Position numbers and translations under genes: made by a program
Origin: Acidobacteriota bacterium
Lineage (GTDB): Bacteria; Acidobacteriota; UBA890; WLXD01
Direction: 5' to 3'
NCBI GenBank assembly: GCA_965248695.1
Contig: CBDFKD010000002.1
Span: forward strand, 2,880,001 to 2,944,000
DNA: 64,000 bases
Shown: one piece after another, positions 20,047-30,467 of the stretch
Numbering within the stretch: position 1 is the stretch's first letter
How the letters are laid out: the number at the start of each line of letters is the position of its first letter
The notes under the pieces: generated by a model
The model's input: the letters and a program-made list of their open reading frames with translations, nothing else
What the model was told of the DNA's origin: nothing
Databases searched by the model: none

Positions 20047-21879
20047 CTACTGCTCTATGGCCGGCGGCGACGCAACCGGTAGCTCGCCGTGCACCAGCAC
20101 GCCTTCCATCATCACCGCCGTAGGCTGCAACTCGGGGATATCGGCGGGATCGAGCGTGAAGAGGTCCTCGTCGAGCACCACCAGGTCGGCGAGCTTGCCG
20201 ACCTCGAGTGAGCCAACGCGGTCCTCCATGCGAAACGGATAGGCGCCATCGATGGTGAAACCGCGCACGATCGTGCGTAGATCCATGCGCTCGGTCGCCG
20301 GCGGTCGAGGGCTCGCGCCCTCGCCCCCGGGCACCTCCCGCGTATGGGCACCGTGCATGTTCAGATACGGGCTGATGAATGCAAGCCGCCAGTCGTCGCT
20401 CGAGAAGGTCACGCGGCCGCCGGCATCGAATAGCGACTTGGCCATGTAGATCCGCGTTGCCCGCTTCGGGCCCAGCGCCTGCAGCTCTGTCTCTTCGGGG
20501 TACGCAGCGCCGACGCCGAACCACCAGGCCGTGAGGTTGGCGGAGACGTCGAGTGTCGCCAGGCGCGGCATGTCAGCGCGATCGATGACCTGGACGTGCG
20601 ACAGCGTGACACGCGGGTACAGCTGTCCCGAGACTGCCGCCCTCGCCGCCTCCACAGCGTCGAGCGCGGTGCGAACGGCGCTGTCGCCGATGGTGTGCAA
20701 GTGCAGGTCGAGCTGCGCCTCGTGCAGCTCGAGCAGGAAGTCGCGCAGCTCGGCGACCGACAACAGGGTGTTGCCGGCGAAGCTGGGATCATGAGCGTAG
20801 GGCTCGAGCAAAGCGCCAGAGTGGTTCGAGAAAATGCCGTCCATGAACAGCTTCACCGTACGAAACCGCAGCCGCTCGCCGCCGTACTGCCGCTGTAGCC
20901 GACGCATCTCCTGCACTGCCTGAGCGCGGCGCTCGGGGACGAACACCTGATAGGTGCCCTCGTAGCGCAGCGGCAGCCTCCCGTCGCGTTCGAGACGGGC
21001 CAGCAGGCCGTAGACCTGGTCCTCGTAGCCGAAATTGCCACCGTCGTAGACCGTCGTGACGCCGTTCTCCAGCAGCGTCTGCAGAAACGCCACCACGGAG
21101 GCCTCGTGCACTTCGGTATCGACGTCGAACTGCGAAGCCAGGTGCTGCCAGCCTGCACCCTCCTTGACCCAACCGGTGGGAACACCGTCAGCGTCGCGAG
21201 CGTACGTGGCGAGCCCGGGTCGCGGATCGGGGGTGCTGGCGTCGATCCCGAGCACCTCCAGCGCCTTCGAGTTCAGCCAGTTGCTGTGCCAGGAGCCGCT
21301 GCCGATCCACACGGGCCGATCTGCAACGATGCGGTCGAGGTCCCGTCGGTGCGGCCCGCTGGACCCGTCGACGAATAGCCCGTTGGGCCAGCAGCAAAGT
21401 CGGATCCACCCCTCCCCTGGATGGCTCTCGACGTAGTTGCGCAGAGATTCGAGGAACTCCTCGCGGCTGGAACCGCCGACGGACCCGTCGTAGTCCTCGA
21501 GGTTGATGTAACCCGGATGCGTGTGACCGTCGATGAGGCCCGGGATTACCAGACGGCCCGCCAGATCGACCGTGCGCGTCGCGTCCGACACGAAGGCCGC
21601 AGCGCCGGCGTCGTCCCCGACGTAGACGATCTCGTCGCCTTCGATCGCGACCGCAGTAGCCGACGGGTTGCCGTCGTTCATCGTCACGATGTCGCCGCCG
21701 GTGAGCACCCAGTCGGCGACGGTGTGGGATCCACCACTCCCCTGGTCCCCGGCGTCGCAGCTCGCCGTCAGCGCGATCGTTCCCACGAGAGCCAACAGGA
21801 GGCTACAGAGGGTCGCGCCGCGGGCTCGGCTAATTCCGTGGCCCCTCGCCAACATGCCGATCTGATCCCACTCCTTCAA
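20047..21879 (-). CDS. Amidohydrolase family 3 (YtcJ-like), probable lipoprotein
   Basis: PGLIDGHTH, KLFMDG, HLHTIGD, SSDD, GSLEVGKLADLVVLD; lipobox-like LTASC. Confidence 0.92.
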   Translation of the reverse strand: MKEWDQIGMLARGHGISRARGATLCSLLLALVGTIALTASCDAGDQGSGGSHTVADWVLTGGDIVTMNDGNPSATAVAIEGDEIVYVGDDAGAAAFVSDATRTVDLAGRLVIPGLIDGHTHPGYINLEDYDGSVGGSSREEFLESLRNYVESHPGEGWIRLCCWPNGLFVDGSSGPHRRDLDRIVADRPVWIGSGSWHSNWLNSKALEVLGIDASTPDPRPGLATYARDADGVPTGWVKEGAGWQHLASQFDVDTEVHEASVVAFLQTLLENGVTTVYDGGNFGYEDQVYGLLARLERDGRLPLRYEGTYQVFVPERRAQAVQEMRRLQRQYGGERLRFRTVKLFMDGIFSNHSGALLEPYAHDPSFAGNTLLSVAELRDFLLELHEAQLDLHLHTIGDSAVRTALDAVEAARAAVSGQLYPRVTLSHVQVIDRADMPRLATLDVSANLTAWWFGVGAAYPEETELQALGPKRATRIYMAKSLFDAGGRVTFSSDDWRLAFISPYLNMHGAHTREVPGGEGASPRPPATERMDLRTIVRGFTIDGAYPFRMEDRVGSLEVGKLADLVVLDEDLFTLDPADIPELQPTAVMMEGVLVHGELPVASPPAIEQ

Positions 21880-23861
21880 GTGCGCTCGACCCAGGGATAT
21901 TGGAACTCGGGCCGGATGACGTCGGTGATCAGCTCTTGGACCGCACGGTGCGCCTGGTCGAACGCCGCCTGGGTCAGACAGCTCGCGGCCGCGTCGGAGT
22001 TGGCGATGGCGATCCGTCCGAACCGCTTGCGACCCACTACCCAGGGAGCCTCGTCGTACCCCCAGTCGGGGTCGAAGAGCTCATTGCCCGCTCCCGCGTA
22101 CCCATGGGGCCAGCGGTTGACGAAGATGGCATCGATGTCCCGGGCTGGATCGAAGCCCCCCTCCCCAAGGGCACGATCAAGTTGATCCCTGATGCCACGC
22201 TCGAACGTCTCGAACGACATGGCCAGGAGCTCCTCCCGTGAGGCCCGCCACTGGTCCCGTACGGGGAGCCCGGGAACGATCGGAGATCCCCAAAGCCCTA
22301 CAATGGCCGGTTCGTCGGGCGATTGGGCGGTCTGGTAATCCCCGAAGCTGTTGCTGTAGGTGTCGATACCAACAGCTTCGAAGTACGCGCCCGGGAAATG
22401 GATGCTCCGCACACCGAGCCGCTCGAACGCTCGCCAGTTGCGAACCACGACGTTGGCCGCAACGAAGGGTCGGCGCACCGCCATGTGCAGGTTCTCTTTC
22501 TGCTCCTCGGGCAGCTCGGGACACAGATACGGGATCACCGAGTTGTAACACGCCATCACGCAGGTGCCCCCGCGCACGCGATGCGCCTGGCCGTCCTGGA
22601 CGTAGGTCACATCCACCGCTCTCGCCTTTGCCCGATCGCCGACATGGTGAGCGTTGATCACCGTGCTGTTGAGACGGATGCGCACGTCGTTTTGTGCCCG
22701 GTCGAGGGTCGAGTACCGGACCCGCGTCGACACCGAATCGTTCATCGTCTCGCCCGGTAGCGAACCGGGAATCAACCAGCGCACGAGCAGCCGAGCGATG
22801 CCCGCATTTCCGTCGGGGAAGTGCATGCCATCGAACGGATTCTCCAGCCCCGGGAACCCGTCTCTCGGCGGCCGCTTCCCGAGCCCGAGGCCCTGCAGCC
22901 CGGGCAAGCTGCTGTACCGGTACGCAGCCCATCCGCTCATCGTCTCGATACCGGCGATGCCATTGCCGTCTGGGGCGCGGCGCTTGAAGAAGGGAATCAC
23001 GTCCGGGTGGACGCCGACGACACCCAGCACATAGTCCTGGTAGCTCATCTTGCGGAGCCGAGCGATCTTCTCCTCCACGGACAATCCGGGGAAGTAATCC
23101 TCGTGCGTCTGGTACAGCCTGGCGATGCCCTCGCGCGCGTTATCCGAGAGTGGCGTCTTCTGAAGCCATTCGGTCCACGCCTCCGGCTCGTTCGATCCGG
23201 GTTCTCCTACGACCAGCCGATCCTCACCGAAAGTCTCCTCGTCGAACAGGATCGCACTGCCCAATCCCATGGCTCGCGCCGGGTGGTTGTTACCCACGTT
23301 TGCACGCTTGTACACCTCGGCATCGAGACCGATGTCGTGCATCAACTCGAGGCCTTCGTACGTGTAGGCGCCCGTGATGTACGTCGTGCCGCCCCAGGCG
23401 AGGACCTGGCGCCCGTCGACCACGTGCTCGTTCCGCTTCGCGTGCCCTCCGAAGTCGTCGTGGTTATCCAGAATCAGGACCCGAGCCTCCGGCATCGCCT
23501 TGCGGAAGTAGTAGGCCGCCCCGAGACCGCTCAACCCGCCACCCACCACGATCAGGTCGTACTCTTCCCCGGTTTCTTGCGGGTCGTCCCACGTCTCGCC
23601 GATACGCATGCCATGAGCGACCTCGAACGACCCCGGGTGGCTGCCCCGCATACCCGTACGTGTCGGCGGGTAGTAGGTCTCCTGGCTCGCAGCTTGATCG
23701 ACAACTGGAGATGCGGCCGGCGCCGGCCGGGCATCGCGCCCCTGCGCCCCCACATCGCCCGGTACGAGGACCGCTCCGGCGATCGCGACGCTCGTTCCGC
23801 CCACGAAGTCGCGACGGGTGATGTCCCGGTTCATGCCCAACTCACGATCGCTCTTCTTCAT
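21876..23861 (-). CDS. Tat-exported FAD oxidoreductase, spermidine dehydrogenase (SpdH)-like
   Basis: ITRRDFV, YYPPTRTGMRGSHPGSFEVAH, VVGGGLSGL, DNHDDFGGHAKRNE, HFPDGNAG, VNRWPHGY, IANSDA. Confidence 0.88.
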   Translation of the reverse strand: MKKSDRELGMNRDITRRDFVGGTSVAIAGAVLVPGDVGAQGRDARPAPAASPVVDQAASQETYYPPTRTGMRGSHPGSFEVAHGMRIGETWDDPQETGEEYDLIVVGGGLSGLGAAYYFRKAMPEARVLILDNHDDFGGHAKRNEHVVDGRQVLAWGGTTYITGAYTYEGLELMHDIGLDAEVYKRANVGNNHPARAMGLGSAILFDEETFGEDRLVVGEPGSNEPEAWTEWLQKTPLSDNAREGIARLYQTHEDYFPGLSVEEKIARLRKMSYQDYVLGVVGVHPDVIPFFKRRAPDGNGIAGIETMSGWAAYRYSSLPGLQGLGLGKRPPRDGFPGLENPFDGMHFPDGNAGIARLLVRWLIPGSLPGETMNDSVSTRVRYSTLDRAQNDVRIRLNSTVINAHHVGDRAKARAVDVTYVQDGQAHRVRGGTCVMACYNSVIPYLCPELPEEQKENLHMAVRRPFVAANVVVRNWRAFERLGVRSIHFPGAYFEAVGIDTYSNSFGDYQTAQSPDEPAIVGLWGSPIVPGLPVRDQWRASREELLAMSFETFERGIRDQLDRALGEGGFDPARDIDAIFVNRWPHGYAGAGNELFDPDWGYDEAPWVVGRKRFGRIAIANSDAAASCLTQAAFDQAHRAVQELITDVIRPEFQYPWVERT

Positions 23862-24138
23862 TTCATGTCTCCTCGAGCGTCAGGGTGTGGGCAGTGAGAC
23901 AGCGCCGCTGACGCGGTGATCGAAGGATTCCCTTGACACACAGCTGTAGCAGTCTGCCGTAGCCAGGCGATCCCAGTCCACCTCGATGCCCCGAGGGATC
24001 CGGACCGAGTCGCGAGGCGGCCGACGACCCGGGCTTCGTTGCTAGGGTCGGCGCCCCGTTGAAAGGCCATCTGAGCCAGCGGTAAAGTACCGACACGCAG
24101 GGATACGGTACTGCTGAGCGTACATCCGCGCCAAGAGC

Positions 24139-25470
24139 ATGGAGAACGAGATGAGCAAGAGGGAAACTGGCCCCACCTCGACCCGCCGCGACCTGGCCCG
24201 CACCGCCGTCGTCGCATACGCCGCCGCCGCCATGGGCGTGCCGAGGAACCTGCTGGCGCGCGCGATTCGGGATCCAGGGCAGATGGGCGGTGGGAATTCG
24301 GCCGCAGCGCCGTTTCTGAGAGACACGATCGACGCGAAGTACTACACGGACGAAGAGCGCTACCTGATCGATGAGCGCCTGGTAGCCGACCATTTCTGGC
24401 AGATGGTCGATCACGAGAGCAGGATTCCCAATGCGGGCGATTTCTTCGTGTTCGAGTACGGCCGCTCCGAGAGCATCCTGATCGTGCGCGGGCGGGACAA
24501 CGAAGTCCGCGGCTTCTACAACGTGTGCCGCCACCGCGGTTCGCGCCTGTGTCGTCACGATGCGGATCCGATCCCTGGGGATCCGCGCCTGTCGGTCAAG
24601 CAACTCAGCCAGTCGGGCAGCTCGCCGGTGTTCCGCTGCCCGTATCACGCCTGGACGTACGACACCGAAGGCAGCCTGATCTATGCCTACGGCATGCAGG
24701 AGGACTTCGACCCGGCGGACAACGGTTTGATCCCCTGCCACCTGCGCATCGCGGACGGCATGATCTTCGTGAACCTGTCGCGTGAGCCGGAGCCGCCGGA
24801 GTTCGAATCGGCGATCGAGCCCTTCCGCACCCAGGTGGGCAAGCGCCACGGAACGGCGGACCTGAAGGTCGGCGCACGTGTCTACGTGCCGATGCACGCC
24901 AACTGGAAGCTGGCGCTGGAGAACTTCCTGGAGTGCTACCACTGCGGGCCGTCGCACGAAACCCTGTGCCACGTCTATCCGAGCTGGGACATGGCGCTGT
25001 CGGGAGAGCAGCAAGCCGGGCTCCGGTCCGGGTTCGTCACCGGCACGATGGACGGCAAGCCGGCGGCGCCGTTGCTGCCGATCTTCGAGGGCGTCGGCCG
25101 CCAGGGCACGTCGTCCGAGACGGCGACGGGTTGGTCGACGGGCTACTGGCTCGGGTATGACGACTACGTCTTCACGGTGAGGTTCACGCCGCGGGACATC
25201 AAGCTCACCGACGTGGAGTGCACGTGGCTCGTCCATCCGGACGCGAGGGAGGGCGTCGACTACGACCCGGAGAGGGTCAAGGAAGTGTGGTACGTCACGC
25301 TCCTGGAGGACATCTGGGTGTGCGAGAACAACCACGAGGGCGTTCTCTCCGGCGGCTACCTGCCTGGGCGCTATGCCACCCACGAGATCGGCACCATTCT
25401 GCCGGCGAACTTCGCCCACTGGTACATGAGCGCCGTGGAGGGAGACGTGGGCCGCGTGATGCCGTACTGA
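24139..25470 (+). CDS. Rieske non-heme iron oxygenase alpha subunit (GbcA/choline monooxygenase-like group) with a Tat-like leader
   Basis: NVCRHRGS...CPYHAWTY, NWKLALENFLECYHC..SH, EDIWVCE; N-terminal STRRDLA followed by an Ala-rich segment. Confidence 0.9.
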   Translation: MENEMSKRETGPTSTRRDLARTAVVAYAAAAMGVPRNLLARAIRDPGQMGGGNSAAAPFLRDTIDAKYYTDEERYLIDERLVADHFWQMVDHESRIPNAGDFFVFEYGRSESILIVRGRDNEVRGFYNVCRHRGSRLCRHDADPIPGDPRLSVKQLSQSGSSPVFRCPYHAWTYDTEGSLIYAYGMQEDFDPADNGLIPCHLRIADGMIFVNLSREPEPPEFESAIEPFRTQVGKRHGTADLKVGARVYVPMHANWKLALENFLECYHCGPSHETLCHVYPSWDMALSGEQQAGLRSGFVTGTMDGKPAAPLLPIFEGVGRQGTSSETATGWSTGYWLGYDDYVFTVRFTPRDIKLTDVECTWLVHPDAREGVDYDPERVKEVWYVTLLEDIWVCENNHEGVLSGGYLPGRYATHEIGTILPANFAHWYMSAVEGDVGRVMPY

Positions 25471-25561
25471 CAGATCGCGACTCCTCGAGATCGCGCAGGC
25501 GATCGAGCGCTGGCGCCGGGGTAACGGCCGGTTTGGCGCGACCGTGCTTGCGAACGGCGGG

Positions 25562-26752
25562 TTACGCCTCGGCCGCCAGCGGACCGGTAGGAATCGAGGT
25601 GTCGAGGCCGCGCGAGATCTTCTTCTCGGGGTCGTAATAGGGCAACTCGACGACCTCGGCGGCATGCTCACGCCCCTCATCGTCGTGCACCGTGACGGTG
25701 CGGCCGACCCAGTCGTAGGCCTCGTCGAAGCTCACGTAGCCGGTGCCGTGCTCGAGATAGGGTGACCAGGCGCTGGCCGTGATGAACCCGACGTCGCGGC
25801 CCTCGTGCAGAACCGAGCTGTTCCCCGCCGGGGCGCCGCCGGGGCACTTGATGCCGAGCAGGCGCGGCCGGCGGTCGGCGGCTTCGAGCGCCGCCTTGCC
25901 GATGAAGTCGTCCTTGCTCAGGTCGACGAACTTCCCGAGCCCGGCCTCGAACGGGTTCATTGTTGTGTCGAAGTCGCTACCGTTGTTGAGGATGCCAGCC
26001 TCGATCCGACGAATGCCCATCGAGTCGAGGCCGGTAGTGGTGATCTCGTGCGGCTCACCGGCCTCGAGGATGTGGTTCCACAGCGCCGGACCGTCGACGT
26101 CGGGGTCGCGCGTGTACACCTCCCAGCTCATCTCGCTCGTCCAGCCCGTGCGCGACAGGTACAGCGGCTGTCCGCCCATGGTGCACTCGGTGACCGCGAA
26201 GTAGGCGAAAGGATCCGGCGCGCCGCCGTCGCAGGCGGCGTCGAGAACCTCGAGCGAGCGTGGCCCGCCCACCTGCAGTACCCACGACTCCGGGTCGCTC
26301 ACGGTCACGTCCATGTCCATGCCGTGCGCGACCAACCAAGTGAAAATCTCGCCGTTGGCGAGCACGTACCAGAAACGGTCCTGCTCGATCCGCATCAGGA
26401 TGCCGTCCATGAGGATGCCGCCGTCGGGCTGACAGGCGATTCCGTAGCTGCAGCGGCCCGGTCGCAGCTTGCTGATGTCGCGCACGAACACGCGATTCAG
26501 CAGGCGCTCGGCGTCCGGCCCGGCGATCTCGATGGGGTGTTCCGGCACGTTGTAGAGCACGACCTTCTGGCGTAGGTGCCAGTACTTCTCCACCGGGTCG
26601 TCGCCCACGGACACGATCGCCATGCGGCCGCTGTACGGCCCGGCGTAGATCGTGTCGGGGCTGTTGTGGCACTCGAAGAACGGCGTCGGCGCGGCACCGT
26701 GGAAGGTCAGCGGAGCGGAGGCACGGGGCGGTCGGGGTCGGCGGCGGGGCAT
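25562..26752 (-). CDS. GcvT-like aminomethyltransferase / THF-dependent demethylase (DmdA-like)
   Basis: GPDAERLL, LQVGGPRS, SRTGWTSEMSWE, RRIEAG, DFIGKAAL. Confidence 0.88.
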   Translation of the reverse strand: MPRRRPRPPRASAPLTFHGAAPTPFFECHNSPDTIYAGPYSGRMAIVSVGDDPVEKYWHLRQKVVLYNVPEHPIEIAGPDAERLLNRVFVRDISKLRPGRCSYGIACQPDGGILMDGILMRIEQDRFWYVLANGEIFTWLVAHGMDMDVTVSDPESWVLQVGGPRSLEVLDAACDGGAPDPFAYFAVTECTMGGQPLYLSRTGWTSEMSWEVYTRDPDVDGPALWNHILEAGEPHEITTTGLDSMGIRRIEAGILNNGSDFDTTMNPFEAGLGKFVDLSKDDFIGKAALEAADRRPRLLGIKCPGGAPAGNSSVLHEGRDVGFITASAWSPYLEHGTGYVSFDEAYDWVGRTVTVHDDEGREHAAEVVELPYYDPEKKISRGLDTSIPTGPLAAEA

Positions 26753-26886
26753 GGCAGTCTCCGGGATGCGAACGAAGATCAGCGGTGCGCGAGTGGGCGC
26801 ACACACTACATCGTCTCGGGCCCACGGTCACAGGGCTCTGTGGCACACTGCCACGGCCTGGCTCAGCGTCTGCCCGCGGGAGCGCG

Positions 26887-28345
26887 ATGTCCGAAAGCCG
26901 CGACGGTGTCCTTCAGCAGCCGAGGCAGGTTTCCGCGCTGGCGCACGTGCACGCCTGGCACATCGGCGGCTACGCCGGAGTGATCGGCCACCTGGTGCTG
27001 ATGACCTGACCCCGCGGTTAGTACCATGTCTTATCTCAGTAACTCGGTGCTGACAAGAGGTTGTTGAGGCCGGCGAAGCGGAGCGCAGCCGGCTTCAACA
27101 ACGTCGCTTCGGGTGCGGGCGGTCATCCTCGAAGCGGACGTGCCGATCGCTCGCCTGGCGCTCGACGAGGGGGCCTCCCAGCGGCTCTCCGAGGCAACGG
27201 CCGCGCGCGCCGACGGCGACGCCGAGGCAGCGGCCCTGCTGAGCACCGTCACCGGCACCTACAGGGCCATGACCGCGGGGTTCTACCTGACGCTGCTGGC
27301 CCTGGCCTTCGGGTACGCACTGGACGCCCCCACCCTGTATGCGATGGTCGGTCGGGTCTACGACCGCGTGGGTGGCAACCGCGCCGCGGGCTACACCCTG
27401 ATGTTCATGGCGGGGATGCTCGGGTTCTTCCTCGGCGGCATGCTGTCGGGATCGGTCGCCACGAACCTGGGCTGGCGCGAGGCCCTGGCGGTCTCGGGCG
27501 CGATGTGCGTGGTGGCCGCAGTGGTACTCATGCGCGCCCGCATTCCCTCGTCGCGCGGCAGCAGGACCGACGCTGCTGAGGGACAAACGACACAGGGGGC
27601 CGTCGAGGCCTCGAGCACCCAACCGCAGGCCGGGCTGATGGCCCTGATGTCGCTGAGCCGCCCGGAGCGGCGTCGCGTCGGCGCCATCGGCGCGCTCGCT
27701 CTCGCCTACATGGTGTTCGTCGCCGCGTTCGAGCAGTGGGGCGGCACCTTCAGCCTCTACGTGCAAAGCACGAGCGACCGCACCCTCGGGGGATTCGAGG
27801 TGCCGACCCTGTGGATCCACTCAGCCCAGGCGCTGTTCGTGGTCATCATCGGCCCGATCAACCTCTGGTTTTGGGCCTTCCTCGAACGCCGCGGCCGCCC
27901 TCTCGTGCCGCCGACGAAGATGGCGATCGGCCTGTTCGTGACCTCGATGTCGTTCCTCGTCATGTGCATCACCTTCACGGAAGTGGGCGCCATGGGCGCC
28001 GACCCGGGCAAGACGCACCTCTTCTGGCCGCTGGCCTTCTACTGGGTGGTCACCTTCGGCCAGTGTGCGCTGTTGCCCATCGGCCAGGCGTTCGTCAGCC
28101 GCGCAGCACCGAGGCGCCTGCTGAGCACGTGCATGGGCGTTTGGGGGGCGATCGCCGCCGTCGGCGCCTGGCTGTCGGGGCAGATCGGAGCCCTGGTGCC
28201 CTCGTACGGGATCAACAGCGTCTACCTGGGCATTGCCGTCGGTACAGCCGTGGCCGGCGTCGCCATGCTGGCCGCAGGCCGCTCCCTGATGGGCCTGCTC
28301 CACACGCCGGAGTGGCCGCCGGCCGAGGCGACGTCCGACGCGTAG
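26887..28345 (+). pseudogene. Divergent POT/PTR-family (MFS) transporter interrupted by an IS end at 27002-27124
   Basis: N-terminal stub MSESRDGVLQQPRQVSALAHVHAWHIGGYAGVIGHLVL (GGGAG RBS). The remainder has FEQWGG, DRTLGGFEVP, PPTKMAIG, GQCALLPIG and APRRLLSTCMGVW, typical of POT C-halves. Confidence 0.75.
27002..27124 (-). mobile_element. Isolated right end of an IS3-family element
   Basis: Terminal IR plus the last codons of orfB (PPAPEATLLKPAALRFAGLNNLLSAPSY*), homologous to the 3' end of the IS at 15451. Confidence 0.88.
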
Positions 28346-28414
28346 GCCACTTTCAACACATGCATGGCCTCTCCGCGCGAGCACGGTGGAGCGGCGTAGC
28401 CGAGGAAAACGACA

Positions 28415-30412
28415 ATGCAGCGAAGACGAATTGCCGCCATCCACCTGTGCCTGCTGTTGGTCACGAGCAGCGCGTTCGGTGAGGTGGTCGGAGTAGAGGT
28501 AATCGAGGTCGAATCGCCGACCTTCGATGGGCGGACGTTCGGCGAGGTCGGCCCCTACGAAAAGGTCACCCTGCGCGTCACGATGGCCGTGGACCCGGAG
28601 GATCTACACAACGCCGAGATCGTGGATCTGGGTTTGGCACCCCGAGATGCCGCCGGAAGAGTGCGATTCTCCACCACCGTCGTCGTCGTCAAACCGATCG
28701 ATATGGAACGGGGAAACGGGCGCGTCTTTTATGAGGTGGTCAATCGCGGCAACAGGTATGGGCTCGACTTGTTCAACGACGCGCCGTGGACCAACGACCC
28801 CTCCGCGGCACGACACGCCGGCAACGGCTTCCTGATGCGTGAGGGCTACACGCTTGTCTGGTCCGGCTGGCAACACGACGCTCCACCCGGGCAAGCGCGT
28901 CTGTTCCTCGAGTCGCCAACGGTACCCGGTATCGAGGGCGTCAGTCGCGAGGAGTTCATCTTCAATCATGATAGGAACCCCACCGTCGCGTCGCTGACCT
29001 ATCCGGCGGCCAGCCTCGATCCGGCCGCTGCACGACTCACGGTGCGTCAGTTCGCCCACGACGTTCGGCAAACGCCGCCGGGCCTGTCGTTCCGTTACCG
29101 GCCGATGACCCGTGGTGGAACGTATTTCACCAGCGCCGACGAGATTCTTATCGAGCGCCCGGAGGGCTTCGACGCCGGCGCGATCTACGAGCTCATCTAC
29201 ACGGCGCGCGATTCCGTCGTTGCCGGCCTGGCGTTCGCGTCGGTGCGGGACGTCGTGTCGTTCCTCCGGTACGACGCCGGAGACGGCGAGGGCCACACGA
29301 ACCCACTGGCTCCAGGCGGCGTGCCGGCAATCGAGCGCGCGTACGCGCTCGGGATCTCGCAGAGCGGCCGTTTCGTCAGGGACATGCTGTACCAGGGGTT
29401 CAATGAAGATGAGCGCGGTCGTGTGGTCTTCGACGGCATCATCCCGGACGTGGCGGGTGCGCGGCGGACGTTCATCAACGAGCGCTTCGCCCAGCCGGGT
29501 CGCTTCTCCCGTCAGCACGAATCGCACCTGCAACCCGGTGATCAATTCCCGTTCACCTATGGAGTCCTAACAGATACGTACACGGGCAAGCGCGACGGCG
29601 TCCTGGCGCGCTGTGAGGCTGCCGGAAACTGTCCGAAGGTGATGCACGTCGATGCTTCTACGGAGTTCTTCCAGGCCCGCTCGTCGCTGATCGTGACCGA
29701 CACCGAAGGAAGCCCGATCGAGCTACCCGACAACGTGCGCGCCTACCTGATCTCGAGCACGCCGCACTCTGTTTTCTTCGAATCCGAACCGGAGCCGAGG
29801 CGCACTTGCGAGCATCTGAGCAACCCGCTGCATCGTGGCGGGCCGGCTCGCGCCTTGCTGGTTGCGCTCGATCAGTGGGTCAGCAGAGGGGTGCCACCCC
29901 CGGCTAGCCGCTACCCGTCGCTGACTGATGGCACTTTGGTCCCGCCGGGCGAGGTTGCCCTCGGGTACACACGAATCAGCAGCGACTACGACGGCCAGGT
30001 CAATCAGGTGCACTTGGTCGACTACGAGACGCAGCCCCCGACGGAGGGCGAGCCGTACCCGATCTTCGTGCCGGCTGTCGATGACGACGGCAACGATGTT
30101 GCGGGAATCCGCATGCCAGAGATCGAGGTGCCCAGGGCCACGTACCTGGGCTGGAATCTCCGCAGCGAGGGATACGCCGAAGGCGCCCTCTGCGGTGTCA
30201 CCGGCTCCACGGTCCCGTTCGCGCGCACGAAAGCAGCGCGACTCGCGAGTGGCGATCCGAGGCCGTCGATCGAGGAACGATATCCGACCGCCCAGGCCTA
30301 CATCGACGCTGTTACCGAGGCAGCACGCCGCCTCGTAGACGAGCGGCTACTTCTGGAAGAGGACATGAAGCGGTACGTGGAGCGTGCGAGATCTACGGTC
30401 ATCGCGCACTGA
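28415..30412 (+). CDS. Secreted alpha/beta-hydrolase-domain protein (Abhydrolase_10-like)
   Basis: Signal peptide, GEVGPYE, YEVVNRG, WSGWQ, nucleophile GISQSGRF, DDDGNDVAGIR, DPRPSIEERY. Confidence 0.82.
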   Translation: MQRRRIAAIHLCLLLVTSSAFGEVVGVEVIEVESPTFDGRTFGEVGPYEKVTLRVTMAVDPEDLHNAEIVDLGLAPRDAAGRVRFSTTVVVVKPIDMERGNGRVFYEVVNRGNRYGLDLFNDAPWTNDPSAARHAGNGFLMREGYTLVWSGWQHDAPPGQARLFLESPTVPGIEGVSREEFIFNHDRNPTVASLTYPAASLDPAAARLTVRQFAHDVRQTPPGLSFRYRPMTRGGTYFTSADEILIERPEGFDAGAIYELIYTARDSVVAGLAFASVRDVVSFLRYDAGDGEGHTNPLAPGGVPAIERAYALGISQSGRFVRDMLYQGFNEDERGRVVFDGIIPDVAGARRTFINERFAQPGRFSRQHESHLQPGDQFPFTYGVLTDTYTGKRDGVLARCEAAGNCPKVMHVDASTEFFQARSSLIVTDTEGSPIELPDNVRAYLISSTPHSVFFESEPEPRRTCEHLSNPLHRGGPARALLVALDQWVSRGVPPPASRYPSLTDGTLVPPGEVALGYTRISSDYDGQVNQVHLVDYETQPPTEGEPYPIFVPAVDDDGNDVAGIRMPEIEVPRATYLGWNLRSEGYAEGALCGVTGSTVPFARTKAARLASGDPRPSIEERYPTAQAYIDAVTEAARRLVDERLLLEEDMKRYVERARSTVIAH

Positions 30413-30467
30413 GGTCGCTCGACGGACTGACAGCAACGTCACTTCCAACTCGAACAGGAGGGTCGAT

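Noticed and set aside
23933-23938. Perfect TTGACA in the SpdH/Rieske divergent region
   Set aside because: No convincing -10 box at 16-18 bp.
23863-25680. 605-aa minus-strand ORF and similar long antisense ORFs (9744-11159, 22821-23897, 46590-47594, 50151-51188)
   Set aside because: They overlap well-supported genes on the opposite strand and have no motifs; expected in high-GC DNA.
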